A stretch of DNA of 64,000 nt. It comes from Polyangiales bacterium. Its GTDB lineage: Bacteria > Myxococcota_A > Polyangia > Polyangiales > Polyangiaceae. The stretch covers positions 160,001-224,000 of the forward strand of contig JBBRLQ010000004.1 in assembly GCA_038231275.1 (NCBI GenBank), read 5' to 3'. Under the pieces are notes generated by a model. That model was not told where the DNA came from. It did not search any database and saw only the letters and a list, made by a program, of their open reading frames with translations. Position numbers and translations under genes: made by a program. Of the stretch, positions 19,577-28,916 are shown one piece after another; position 1 is the first letter of the stretch, and the number at the start of each line of letters is the position of its first letter.

Positions 19577-20959
19577 TCACTGCTGCGTGGGCCACACCTC
19601 GACGCCGCCGATGAAGCCGGAGTTGTCTTTGAACGGGTTGGTCGCGAGCGTCGTCGTGCCGCCGTCGCCGAGGAGCGTCCGCACGACGTCGATCGACGTG
19701 CCGCCGTCGGCGAGGTAGTTGGTGTGCGTGCCGACGATCGCGCCGCCGCCGGCGTACGCGAACGCGTTGGAGTCGGGCGCGTTCGGGACGACAGGGCCGA
19801 GCGTCGTGGTCGCCGGGTCCCAGCGACGGACCTCCACGCCGAGGCCGAGCACGGCGTCGTGCGGTCCGATGTACGAGAACGCCGACGGGAAGCCGGACGT
19901 GGACACGTCGAGGAGCGTCGTCGAGACCGGCTGCCCGGTGGTCGAGAACCTGACCTCCTCGACGATGCGCTTGGCGACGGCGCCCGCGCCTCCGTCGCCG
20001 AGCGGCAGATTGCACCCGGCGTGGAGGACGAGGAGCCGATCAAACGCCGCGTCGTAGACCGCAGCCGCGCCGGCCGCGCCGAACGCTGGGTTGTACCCGA
20101 CGAGCGGGTGCGTGCCGTTCGGGCCGGTCGCGCCGGGGATGGGCGCGACGAGGCCAGTATCCGTGTCGATTGCGATGAGCGAGGGTGTCGTCGCCGCGCA
20201 CAGGAGCGTGTAGCCGTCGGGCGCGACCTTGGTTCGGTCGATGTTGCCGAGCAGCACGTACAGCATGTGCCGCGACGCGACGTGAAACGCGAACGTCGCC
20301 TCGACGACACCGTCGCCGTCCTTCGCTTGGACGAACGTGGAAAGATCGATCGCAGCGGCAGGCGTCCCGCCGTCGACCGTCGCTTGCGTATCGAGGATCG
20401 CGAGCTTGTTGCGCGTGTACCGCGCGACGTATCCCCTGCCCGACGCGGGAATGACCGCGATCGCGAGGGGATCGGAGTACGCGGCGCCGCCGTCGGCGCG
20501 GTCGCCGAGGTCCACGGTCCACGACGAGACCACCTTCCACGGCTGACGCGCGTCGAGCTTGCCCACGACGTCGACCTTCTGCTCGAGCACGTACGGATCG
20601 GCCCCGCGCGAGAACGTCGTGCCGAAGCTGCCCGGATAGACGAGGCTGTCCTTCGCGGCGGTCGCGAGGTCCATCGTCAGCAGCTCGCTCGTCGATGTGT
20701 TGTTCATCGAGAGGAGGACGCGCGGCGGCGGGGGCGGCAGCGCGTCGGCGCCCGTGTCGGCGGTCGCGTCGCCCGCTGCGTCGGTCCCCGCGTCGCCTGC
20801 GTCGTGGAGAGAGCCGTCGACCGTCGCCTCCGACGCGGCGTCCTTCGGCGTCGTGACCGGGTTGATGTCGTCTCCGCCGCACCCTTGCACGAAGAGCGTG
20901 CACGACACGACGAACGGAACGCCACAAAAAACTGCCCTAGCGAGCTGACTCTGAGTCAT
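19577..20959 (-). CDS. Cobalamin-riboswitch-controlled lipoprotein, probable beta-propeller (BtuG/YncE-like candidate)
   Basis: GGAGG SD; lipobox VQGC; DAG-rich linker; blade-like DPLAIAV..GRGYVARY..KLAILD and IDLS.F. Lies directly downstream of the B12 riboswitch. Confidence 0.7.
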   Translation of the reverse strand: MTQSQLARAVFCGVPFVVSCTLFVQGCGGDDINPVTTPKDAASEATVDGSLHDAGDAGTDAAGDATADTGADALPPPPPRVLLSMNNTSTSELLTMDLATAAKDSLVYPGSFGTTFSRGADPYVLEQKVDVVGKLDARQPWKVVSSWTVDLGDRADGGAAYSDPLAIAVIPASGRGYVARYTRNKLAILDTQATVDGGTPAAAIDLSTFVQAKDGDGVVEATFAFHVASRHMLYVLLGNIDRTKVAPDGYTLLCAATTPSLIAIDTDTGLVAPIPGATGPNGTHPLVGYNPAFGAAGAAAVYDAAFDRLLVLHAGCNLPLGDGGAGAVAKRIVEEVRFSTTGQPVSTTLLDVSTSGFPSAFSYIGPHDAVLGLGVEVRRWDPATTTLGPVVPNAPDSNAFAYAGGGAIVGTHTNYLADGGTSIDVVRTLLGDGGTTTLATNPFKDNSGFIGGVEVWPTQQ

Positions 20960-21007
20960 GGAGCCTCCACCGCGCTTGCCCGCGCGGCATGTTGACCGAG
21001 GTTTCTC

Positions 21008-21187
21008 GCGCGTGGTCCGGTCTCCGGACTCCCAGATCATCCTCCCTCGTGCCCTTCCCAGAGTCCGCGGCGAGCCGCCTTCTCCAGTGGTAATGCCCGA
21101 GTTCGTCCCTGGTCACCGTGGCGGGTGCCGTGCCGGATTTTCACCGGCTTCCCGTGTGGAGGAAAAAGCTCCTCCACGACCACGCGC
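21008..21187 (-). ncRNA. Cobalamin (AdoCbl) riboswitch
   Basis: Minus strand reads GGGAAGCCGGTGAAAATCCGGCACGGCACCCGCCACGGTGA...CCACTG...TGGGAAGG...GAGTCCGGAGACCGG (B12 box). P1 is closed by the 10-bp inverted repeat 21008-21017 / 21178-21187. Confidence 0.9.
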
Positions 21188-21242
21188 AGGAGGCTCGTAG
21201 ACCAGGCGAGGCTCCGACGTCAATCGCGGCGTGGCGCGGTCG

Positions 21243-22481
21243 TCACGAATGCTGGAAGAGAGCGCGCACGCGATCGAGGACGGACTCGGCGATCTGCGCC
21301 TTGCTCGCGACGGCCTGCGCGTCATGTGACGTCGCGGTGACGAACGTGACTCTGTTCGTTCCCTTGCCGAGCGAGTCGTCCGCATGGTTCGCGACGACCA
21401 GGTCGACCTTCTTGTCGATGAGCTTCTTCGTGGCGTAGGCGACGAGGCCCGCGTCGTCTTGCGTCTCGAGCGCGAAGCCGACGAGGACGGGACGCTTGCC
21501 CGCGCGGCGCGCGCCGATCTCGGCGAGGAGATCGGGGTTCTTCACGAGCGCGATCTCCGCGTGCTCGCCCTCCTTCTTCAGCTTCGTCGCGCTCGTCGCG
21601 GCGGGCCGGTAGTCGGCGACGGCGGCGCTCATGACGAGCGCGTCGGCGAGCGTCAGTTCTTTGCCGAGCGCGTCCCACAGCGCCGCCCGCATCGCGAGCG
21701 CGCCGCGGACATCGACGCGCGTGACGCCCGCCGGCGTCGCGAGCTCCACCGGTCCCGCGACCAACGTGACTGTCGCGCCACGCGCAGCGGCTCGCTCTGC
21801 GATCGCGAAGCCCATTCGGCCCGTCGAGCGGTTCCCGAGAAACCGCACCGGATCGAGATCCTCGAGCGTGGGCCCTGCGCTCACGACGAGGCGAAGACCC
21901 GCCAGATCACGCGCCGCGCTCGCGCGTGCGGCAGCGGCAGCGATCGCGGCGACGATCTCCTCCGGCTCGGCCATGCGACCCATGCCCGACTCCCCCGACG
22001 CGACCTCGCCCGCGACGGGGCCTACGAGGGTGACCGTGCCAGCGAGCGCCGCGACGTTTCGCTGCGTCGCCGCGTGCGCCCACATCCGCGGGTGCATCGC
22101 CGGCGCCGCGACGACCGGCCCCTTCGCGCAGAGCACGAGCGCCGAGACCACGTCGTCGGCGCGTCCCGTCGCCATGCGCGCCAGCATGTCGGCGGTCGCC
22201 GGGACGATCGCGATCACGTCCGCGCGTCGCGCGAGATCGACGTGCACCTCGCCCGCAAAGCGCGGGTCCCACATGTCCGTGACCACACCTTCCCCCGACA
22301 GCCCCGACAGCGTGAGCGGCCCCAGGAAGCGCGCAGCCGAGGCGGTCATCACCGGCAGCACCGCGGCTCCCGCCTTCACGAGCAGCCGCGCGACGTGGCT
22401 CGCCTTGTACGCGGCGATGCTCCCCGTCACGCACAGCGCCACGGTTTTTCCAGCCAATTGCGTCGTGGACGGATCGCTCAC
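21243..22481 (-). CDS. coaBC: Bifunctional phosphopantothenoylcysteine decarboxylase/ligase
   Basis: TGSIAAYKA, PATAD, PAMHPRM, GxGRMAEP, AGPTLEDLDPVRFLGNRSTGRMG, AAVADY and VGFALET. Confidence 0.93.
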   Translation of the reverse strand: MSDPSTTQLAGKTVALCVTGSIAAYKASHVARLLVKAGAAVLPVMTASAARFLGPLTLSGLSGEGVVTDMWDPRFAGEVHVDLARRADVIAIVPATADMLARMATGRADDVVSALVLCAKGPVVAAPAMHPRMWAHAATQRNVAALAGTVTLVGPVAGEVASGESGMGRMAEPEEIVAAIAAAAARASAARDLAGLRLVVSAGPTLEDLDPVRFLGNRSTGRMGFAIAERAAARGATVTLVAGPVELATPAGVTRVDVRGALAMRAALWDALGKELTLADALVMSAAVADYRPAATSATKLKKEGEHAEIALVKNPDLLAEIGARRAGKRPVLVGFALETQDDAGLVAYATKKLIDKKVDLVVANHADDSLGKGTNRVTFVTATSHDAQAVASKAQIAESVLDRVRALFQHS

Positions 22482-22582
22482 GGGTCTCGTTATCGTTTAG
22501 CACGAAGGAGCGGGATCGAGCCCCCGGGGCCTCTTAAGTCGATCTGTCGCCATGCCGTAGCCTTTAAAGGTATTTACCGGCC

Positions 22583-23554
22583 GTGCGCCTCCGATCCCTC
22601 GCCGTCCCCTTCGTCGTGCTCGGCGGGCTCGTGCTCGTCGCGAACGCCGACGCGCGGCCGTCGGCGGCGAAGCGGGTTCCGGCCGTCGTCGTGGCGCCCG
22701 TCGTCGTGAGGCGCGCCGCGCACCCGAGGCCGAAGCCGAAGAAGCCGGCGCGCAAGTCCCCCAAGCTCGCGCCGGGCAGCCGCGGCACGCTGGCGTGGGC
22801 AATCGCGAGCCACACGCCGAAGGTGCACGCGCCGGTCGCCGAGGGGACCCTCCCCGCGGTCGTCGCCAACGCGACCTGCCCCGACGACATGGCCAACGTC
22901 GACGATCGCACATGCGTCGATTTGTTCGAGGGCTCGCTCGTCGAGGTCGTCGCCGACGGCACGATGTCGCCGTGGTCGCCGTTTACGACGCCGGAACCGT
23001 CGCGCACCTACCGCGCGCAGAGCGTCGCGGGCGTCGTGCCGCAGGCGTACATCAGCGGCTCACAAGCCGCTGCCGCGTGCAGCGCCGCCGGAAAGCGACT
23101 CTGCCAACCCGCCGAGTGGCGTCACGCCTGCGGCGGCACCGGCAAGACCGCCTACCCGTACGGTGCCGTCGCGACGCCCGGCAAGTGCAACGATCACGGC
23201 AAGAGCCCGATGCTCGCCTTCTATCCTCAGGTCGAAACGAGCTGGAGCCTCATCGGCACGAGCGACATGAACGATCCGCGCCTGAACCAGCTCGCCGGCA
23301 CCGTCGCCAAGACAGGCGAGTTCTCCGAGTGCGTGAATGACTTCGGCATCCACGACATGGTCGGCAACCTCCACGAGTGGACCGCCGATCCGAACGGCAC
23401 GTTCCAGGGCGGCTACTTTCTCGACACGTCGCAGAATGGCGACGGATGCAGCTACCGCACCGCCGCCGACGACTTCGGTTACCACGACTACTCGACGGGC
23501 TTCCGGTGCTGCGCCGATCCCAGCGTCGCGGACGCGAGCGAAGACGATGAGTAA
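22583..23554 (+). CDS. SUMF1/FGE-sulfatase-domain exported protein
   Basis: CPDDM, AC..AGKRLC..EW..AC, YPYG, FGIHDMVGNLHEWT and GFRCC; signal peptide. Confidence 0.85.
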   Translation: MRLRSLAVPFVVLGGLVLVANADARPSAAKRVPAVVVAPVVVRRAAHPRPKPKKPARKSPKLAPGSRGTLAWAIASHTPKVHAPVAEGTLPAVVANATCPDDMANVDDRTCVDLFEGSLVEVVADGTMSPWSPFTTPEPSRTYRAQSVAGVVPQAYISGSQAAAACSAAGKRLCQPAEWRHACGGTGKTAYPYGAVATPGKCNDHGKSPMLAFYPQVETSWSLIGTSDMNDPRLNQLAGTVAKTGEFSECVNDFGIHDMVGNLHEWTADPNGTFQGGYFLDTSQNGDGCSYRTAADDFGYHDYSTGFRCCADPSVADASEDDE

Positions 23555-23557
23555 GCG

Positions 23558-25231
23558 TCAGTCCGGTCGGCTGTCGTCGTCGACCGGCTGCGCGGCTCCG
23601 CCCTTCTTGCCGCTGAGCGACTTCGCGAAGCCCTCGCGGATCGTCCACCCGTGCGTGCCGTACCGACCGGCGACGCGCGACTCCACGGTGCCGCCGCCCT
23701 TCTCGGCCCCCTTCGCGTGCGGGCTCACGAGATCGGGCCCCTGCGAGATCATCAGGTACTCGTCGGCCACGTACTCGGGGTGCTCGTCGTCGGCGCCGCT
23801 CCACTTCGGATCCGGATCACCGGAGCCGACGCGCCAGATCTGCATCGTCGACGGGTAGACGTCCTGCGTGTGCTCGCGAACGGCGAACGGGCCGTCCCGC
23901 AAGATGCGGTAGCGCGTGATCTTGAAGCCGGGGATTCCGCGCTGCTTCAGGACGCGCGCGCCCTTGGGCATCTGCGGATCGGGGACATCCTTCTCGACGA
24001 AGGGGGTGACCTCGTTGATCTTGCGGACGAACGTGACGTCGCGCGAGCGACGCGGCCCGAGGATCTCTGCGCGAACGACGCCCTCGCGGACGGTCTCGTG
24101 GAGGACCACCGGAAACGGGAACGGGTTCTTGAGCTTCAGTGTGATCGCCGGGTAAGAGACCGCCGCGTCCATGCCCATCTTGATGTAGAAGCTGGGGCGC
24201 GTGTGCGGGTGACGCTCGACGATGTCGAGGCCCGAGAAGAACGCGGCGCCGTGCAGCGTGCCGGCGATCTGGCAGGTGCCGCCGCCGACCCCGTCGACGA
24301 GCTCGCCTTGCGCGATGACCGGCGCGACCTTGTAGCCGTTGACCTCGGTGCGAGGTCCGACGGTCTCGTTGAGATCGAACGTCTCTCCCGGGAAGAGCAC
24401 GGTCCCGTTCAGCTTGCTCGCCGCGAGGCGCAGGTTGAACGTGCGCGCCTCGTGCTTCAGATCGCGGGCGTACTTCGTCTCGAAGTAACCGAGGACCTCG
24501 TCGATGCGCACGCCGTCGAGCTGCGCCGCGGTGCGCTGCGCCTGGACCGACTCGACGACCGCTTCGACCTTCGGCGTCCCCTTCCCGAACGCGTCGTCGA
24601 GGCGCGCGAGCGTGGCGTACACGTCGACGCGGCGCCCCGGCTCGTCGGGGAGGACCTTGCCGAGATCGAGATCGAAGCGCGCGTCCTGCGCCGTCCGATC
24701 GAGCTCGTCTTTCACTTGGAGGAGCGTCGTGAGCGCGCGCTTCGCGTCGGTCGTGACCGGCAGCGGGAGGCGCAACGGTCGGCCGCGCGCGACCTGATCG
24801 TGCGCGCGCCGCAGCGGCGACGAAGGATCGCGGAGCGCTGTGACGAGACCCGCGAGACGCGCCGCGTCGACGCGCGCGCCCAGCTCTTCACGCGTTCGCT
24901 CGAGCAGACCGCCGCCGCCCGGCGCGGCGATCGTGACCTTCTGCGCGACGTACGCCCGCGCGATCGCGTGCGCCGCGTCGACGGTGTGGAGCGGATCGCC
25001 ATCGAGCGGGAGCGGCTTGCCGTCGAGCGTGGCTTGAACGGGCGCGACGTTCGTGGCCTCGCGCCCTTGCGGGACGAGGAGGTAGCCGGCGGTCCCTCCC
25101 ATCACGAGCATCCCCGCGAGGCGCAGCCACCCGAACCGATGCGACGCGGCCGGGCGCACGACCGTCGCGGCGTTCGCCGAAGTCGCGGGATAGGCGCGGA
25201 AGCGGAGGGCTTGCGAGGTCGAAGCTGCCAA
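23558..25231 (-). CDS. VanW-family membrane-anchored protein
   Basis: RTFNLRLAA, GETFDLNETVGPR...GY, GVGGGTCQ and ERHPH...GMDAAV; N-terminal TM. Confidence 0.85.
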   Translation of the reverse strand: MAASTSQALRFRAYPATSANAATVVRPAASHRFGWLRLAGMLVMGGTAGYLLVPQGREATNVAPVQATLDGKPLPLDGDPLHTVDAAHAIARAYVAQKVTIAAPGGGGLLERTREELGARVDAARLAGLVTALRDPSSPLRRAHDQVARGRPLRLPLPVTTDAKRALTTLLQVKDELDRTAQDARFDLDLGKVLPDEPGRRVDVYATLARLDDAFGKGTPKVEAVVESVQAQRTAAQLDGVRIDEVLGYFETKYARDLKHEARTFNLRLAASKLNGTVLFPGETFDLNETVGPRTEVNGYKVAPVIAQGELVDGVGGGTCQIAGTLHGAAFFSGLDIVERHPHTRPSFYIKMGMDAAVSYPAITLKLKNPFPFPVVLHETVREGVVRAEILGPRRSRDVTFVRKINEVTPFVEKDVPDPQMPKGARVLKQRGIPGFKITRYRILRDGPFAVREHTQDVYPSTMQIWRVGSGDPDPKWSGADDEHPEYVADEYLMISQGPDLVSPHAKGAEKGGGTVESRVAGRYGTHGWTIREGFAKSLSGKKGGAAQPVDDDSRPD

Positions 25232-25298
25232 GGGTGCGCCACCATCTTGAGGAGGGGGCGCCGTTTGGCCAAAAAAACGGCCTACATTGTCCTACGCA

Positions 25299-25949
25299 TC
25301 AGCCGAAGCGTTGCTCGAGGCTCCGCGCGAGCTTCCCCGCCGACATGAAGACGTCGGCGAGCTGATCGTCGAGATCGCTCAACGGATCGGCCGGATGGTT
25401 CGTCTCCGGGCTGACGATGCGCATGCGGGCGAGCGCGTCGACGATCTCGTTCTCGAGCTCGGCGAAATAGAACGGCGCCGCGTCCTCGATCCGCGCGCGG
25501 AGTGCGCTCCAATCGACGCTCAGCGAACGAATCGCATACCCGGATTGTTCGAAGGCACGCAGGACCGCCTTGGCCCACGCGTAGAGGCCACGCAGATATT
25601 CGGTGAGCGGCGCGTCTCGCCCCAGCATGTCGCGCATGCGTGGATCGGTCGCCATCAAGTACATGCCGTTGAGGGCGCTGCGCAGATCCGCCATGTCGTC
25701 GAGCCGCTCGCGCATCGATACCGCCGCGGCGCGCGAGGAGGGATCGCGGGGCACGCCTTCGATGATGTGATCGACGCACATCAAGTTGACGGTCATCGTC
25801 AGCTGCTCGTCCCCAAGCTCTTCGAGGACGGCGAGGTACTCGTCCTCGACGCCCCGGCTGCGGACCCGGGCGTGCGAATCACGGCGCCGATAGCCTGAAG
25901 TGAGGCCGTCGGCAGATTCGGGCGCGTGGCGCGGAGCGTTTTCTCCCAT
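25299..25949 (-). CDS. Hypothetical alpha-helical protein
   Basis: High-GC3 frame with normal amino-acid composition, divergent from ychF. Start uncertain. Confidence 0.55.
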   Translation of the reverse strand: MGENAPRHAPESADGLTSGYRRRDSHARVRSRGVEDEYLAVLEELGDEQLTMTVNLMCVDHIIEGVPRDPSSRAAAVSMRERLDDMADLRSALNGMYLMATDPRMRDMLGRDAPLTEYLRGLYAWAKAVLRAFEQSGYAIRSLSVDWSALRARIEDAAPFYFAELENEIVDALARMRIVSPETNHPADPLSDLDDQLADVFMSAGKLARSLEQRFG

Positions 25950-26094
25950 GGCGGCGACTCGGCATACTACGGCAGCGCGGCCGCTTTCTTCCTCCAACTC
26001 GCGTCTCAATCCAGGCGCACACGCCTGTGGAAAAAAGCCAACCCTCCCCTGCGCTTGTGCGACGCGCCGAGGGTCTGTGCTAAAGGGCTCCCCC

Positions 26095-27201
26095 ATGGGC
26101 CTCTCCGTCGGCATCGTCGGCCTTCCCAACGTAGGAAAGTCCACGCTCTTCAACGCGCTCTCGACCGCCAAGGCCGAGGCCGCCAACTACCCCTTTTGCA
26201 CCATCGAGCCGAACGTCGGGGTCGTCATCGTGCCGGACCCGCGCCTGCAAGCGCTCGACACGGTGGTGCACGCCGACAAGATCGTCCCCACGGCCATCAA
26301 CTTCGTCGACATCGCGGGCCTCGTGCGCGGCGCGAGCAAGGGCGAGGGGCTCGGCAACCAATTTCTCTCTCACATCCGTGAGGTCGACGCCGTCGTTCAA
26401 GTGGCACGTTGCTTCGAGGACTCGAACGTCGTCCACGTCGAGAACCGCGTCGATCCGGTCGGCGACATCGCGACGGTCACGACCGAGCTGTGCCTCAAAG
26501 ATCTCGAGACGGTGAACAAGCGCCTCGATCGCGCGCGAAAAGCGCTGAAGAGCGGCGATCCCAAAGAGAAGATCGCGTTCGACGTGTGCGAAGGCCTGTC
26601 GAAGCACCTCGATCAGGGAACCCCGGCCCGCACCTTCGCGCTTCCCGACAACCAGGACGCCGTCCTGATCGTCCGCGACCTGCAGCTCCTCACGCAGAAG
26701 CCGACGTTCTACATCGCGAACATCGATGAGGGATCGATCGGCAACCTCGCCGGCAACAAGCACTTTCAGGCGCTCAAGAGCCACGCCGACACCGAGGGCG
26801 CGATCGTCGTCCCCGTCTGCGCCGCGCTCGAAGCGCAGATCGCCGAGCTCGATCCCAAGGACCGCCCGGAGTTCCTGTCGAGCGCGGGCCTCGAGGAGCC
26901 CGGCCTCTTCGCGGTGATCCGTGCAGGATACAAGCTCCTCGAGCTCCTCACCTTCTTCACCGCCGGCAAGGTGGAGGTCCGCGCGTGGACCACGAAGAAG
27001 GGCGCGCGGGGGCCTCAGGCCGCGGGCGTGATCCACACCGACTTCGAGAAGGGCTTCATCAAAGCCGAGGTCATCTGGTGGGAGGACTACGTGAAGCTCG
27101 GCGGCGAGTCGAAGTGCCGCGACGCGGGCAAGCTCCAGATCGAAGGCAAGGAGTACGTGATGCGCGACGGAGATGTCGTGCATTTCAGATTCAACGTCTG
27201 A
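26095..27201 (+). CDS. ychF: Redox-regulated ATPase YchF
   Basis: GIVGLPNVGKST, ANYPFCTIEPN, DIAGLVRGASKGEGLGNQFL, IHTDFEKGFI; C-terminus FRFNV. Confidence 0.96.
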   Translation: MGLSVGIVGLPNVGKSTLFNALSTAKAEAANYPFCTIEPNVGVVIVPDPRLQALDTVVHADKIVPTAINFVDIAGLVRGASKGEGLGNQFLSHIREVDAVVQVARCFEDSNVVHVENRVDPVGDIATVTTELCLKDLETVNKRLDRARKALKSGDPKEKIAFDVCEGLSKHLDQGTPARTFALPDNQDAVLIVRDLQLLTQKPTFYIANIDEGSIGNLAGNKHFQALKSHADTEGAIVVPVCAALEAQIAELDPKDRPEFLSSAGLEEPGLFAVIRAGYKLLELLTFFTAGKVEVRAWTTKKGARGPQAAGVIHTDFEKGFIKAEVIWWEDYVKLGGESKCRDAGKLQIEGKEYVMRDGDVVHFRFNV

Positions 27202-27231
27202 AGGACGTTGAATCTGAAATTTCCTTTGTTT
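27182..27231 (+). terminator. Perfect 17-bp inverted repeat over the ychF stop, followed by a U-rich tract (intrinsic terminator-like)
   Basis: ATTTCAGATTCAACGTC-tgaag-GACGTTGAATCTGAAAT then TTCCTTTGTTT. Confidence 0.7.
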
Positions 27232-27415
27232 GGTGGGAGCTGCGCTCCCCTCGTCGCAGAGCGACGAGCCTCCCCTGCGTCGCCTGCGGCGAATCGTGCC
27301 GGGCACGATGGGAGATGAAGAGGGCGTTGTGCAATCGGTGCACTCGCTCGGGAGATCGAGGGCGAACCGTCCGCAGGCGGTTCGCACGTCCATGCATCTC
27401 GATTACGATGACTCG

Positions 27416-28879
27416 ATGCGCAACCCGTTGTCGTCGCTGCTTCTCGCGGGCCTGGCCGTACCGTCGATCTTCGTCGCCTCTGGAGCGGGGTGTGTGACCA
27501 GCAACGATCCGCCGCCGTCGCAGGCGTTGCCGGAGGGCGGCGCGTTCGACTCCGGCGGGCCGAGTCCGAACGACGCGAACCTTCCGGGGACCGACACGGG
27601 CACGACCGACAGCGGCGGCGGTAACGACACGGGCACCGACGCCGGCAATGACGCGGGCGGTGACGGAGGAACGAGCGGCCCGCTCGCCACGTGCGATGCC
27701 CCGGCGCGCGTCGACACGCTGCGCGGCGTCGACGGCTCGGTGACGATCTCGGCGACGGGGTACGGCGACAAGTGGGTCGTCACCTGGTACCAGCTCGCGC
27801 TCGTCTCGCCCGACTCGATGTACCACTGGAAGGCGCGCACCTTCGACGGCGCCGCGCTCGCGACCGAGATCGATCTCGGCACCGACGTGTTCGGCAACCA
27901 GAGCCCGATCGTCTCCGACGGCGCGGGTCACGCGTTCGCGCAGCGCTTTCGCTCGAGCGATGGCGAGCGACGCGTGTTCGATTTCGCGAGCGGGACCTTC
28001 GCCGCCGGCACGGCGTTCCCGCAAGTGAACAGCGCGGTCGAGATCTTCGCGCTGGCGGCGATCCCCGGGGGTGGCGCCATGTCCCTCTTCCGCGACGGCA
28101 CGAACGTCCTCGCCGACAAGTGGCTTTCGGGCTCGTGGGCGCCCACCAATCTGGCCGGCTCGCCCGGGCTCTCGTTCGGTCTGCGGCTCGCGGTCAACGC
28201 CGCCGGCAAGGCGGTCGCTCTCTGGTACAACGCCAACGCTGGCGGACCTGGAGGGAATGACCTCCACGTTGCAGCCTACGACGGCGCAGCCTGGTCTGCC
28301 CCCGTCACGTTGAACCTGCCGAACGCCGTTGGGCAAACCAGCACGTTCACGCCGGTCGTCCTCTCGAACGGCGACGCGATCATCGGGTACCTGCAAGGCG
28401 CCGACACGATCGTCAGCCATCGGTTCCACCCGAACGGCACCTTCGACGCCCCGATCCCCGTCGAGAGCTCCGCTGGCGCCACCGCCGGCAAATTCGCCAT
28501 CGTCGCCGACGCGTCGGATCGCGTGACCTTCGCGTTCCTCAAGGCAGGCCACGTTCACGTGCGTCGCGATCTCGGCGCCGGGTACCTCGCCGAGCAAGAC
28601 GTCACGACCGGCACCGACTACCGCCTCGACGTGAACCCCGCCACGCAGGAGGTCACGCTGGTGACCTACAAGATGCCGACCCTCCAAGTTCAGCGCATCG
28701 CCCCGACGAGCAACACGTGGACCGCCTCGATTCCCCTGAACATGGGCATCAGCAACGGCACGCTGCCGCAACGGCAGGCCGCCGTCGTCTTCGACTCCGC
28801 GGGGCGCCCCACCGTCCTCTCGATGCAAGAGGCCGCGGGGGCGGGCGGGCTCGAGCTCTTCTCTGCGAAGTGCCGCTAG
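27416..28879 (+). CDS. Lipoprotein, probable beta-propeller/beta-rich
   Basis: Lipobox GAGC; D/G/T-rich linker; repeated blade-like motifs (LAVNAAGKAVALW, W-S-A-P, F-D-A-P). Confidence 0.65.
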   Translation: MRNPLSSLLLAGLAVPSIFVASGAGCVTSNDPPPSQALPEGGAFDSGGPSPNDANLPGTDTGTTDSGGGNDTGTDAGNDAGGDGGTSGPLATCDAPARVDTLRGVDGSVTISATGYGDKWVVTWYQLALVSPDSMYHWKARTFDGAALATEIDLGTDVFGNQSPIVSDGAGHAFAQRFRSSDGERRVFDFASGTFAAGTAFPQVNSAVEIFALAAIPGGGAMSLFRDGTNVLADKWLSGSWAPTNLAGSPGLSFGLRLAVNAAGKAVALWYNANAGGPGGNDLHVAAYDGAAWSAPVTLNLPNAVGQTSTFTPVVLSNGDAIIGYLQGADTIVSHRFHPNGTFDAPIPVESSAGATAGKFAIVADASDRVTFAFLKAGHVHVRRDLGAGYLAEQDVTTGTDYRLDVNPATQEVTLVTYKMPTLQVQRIAPTSNTWTASIPLNMGISNGTLPQRQAAVVFDSAGRPTVLSMQEAAGAGGLELFSAKCR

Positions 28880-28916
28880 CGCCACGCACTGCGGGCGCGA
28901 GCGGTCCTCATCGCGA

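Noticed and set aside
22583..23554. Active formylglycine-generating enzyme
   Set aside because: The catalytic CxxxxC core is not evident and no sulfatase is nearby; it fits the expanded non-catalytic FGE-domain family of myxobacteria.
23558..25231. VanW as a vancomycin-resistance locus
   Set aside because: No vanHAX or vanRS genes; VanW-domain proteins are widespread cell-envelope proteins.
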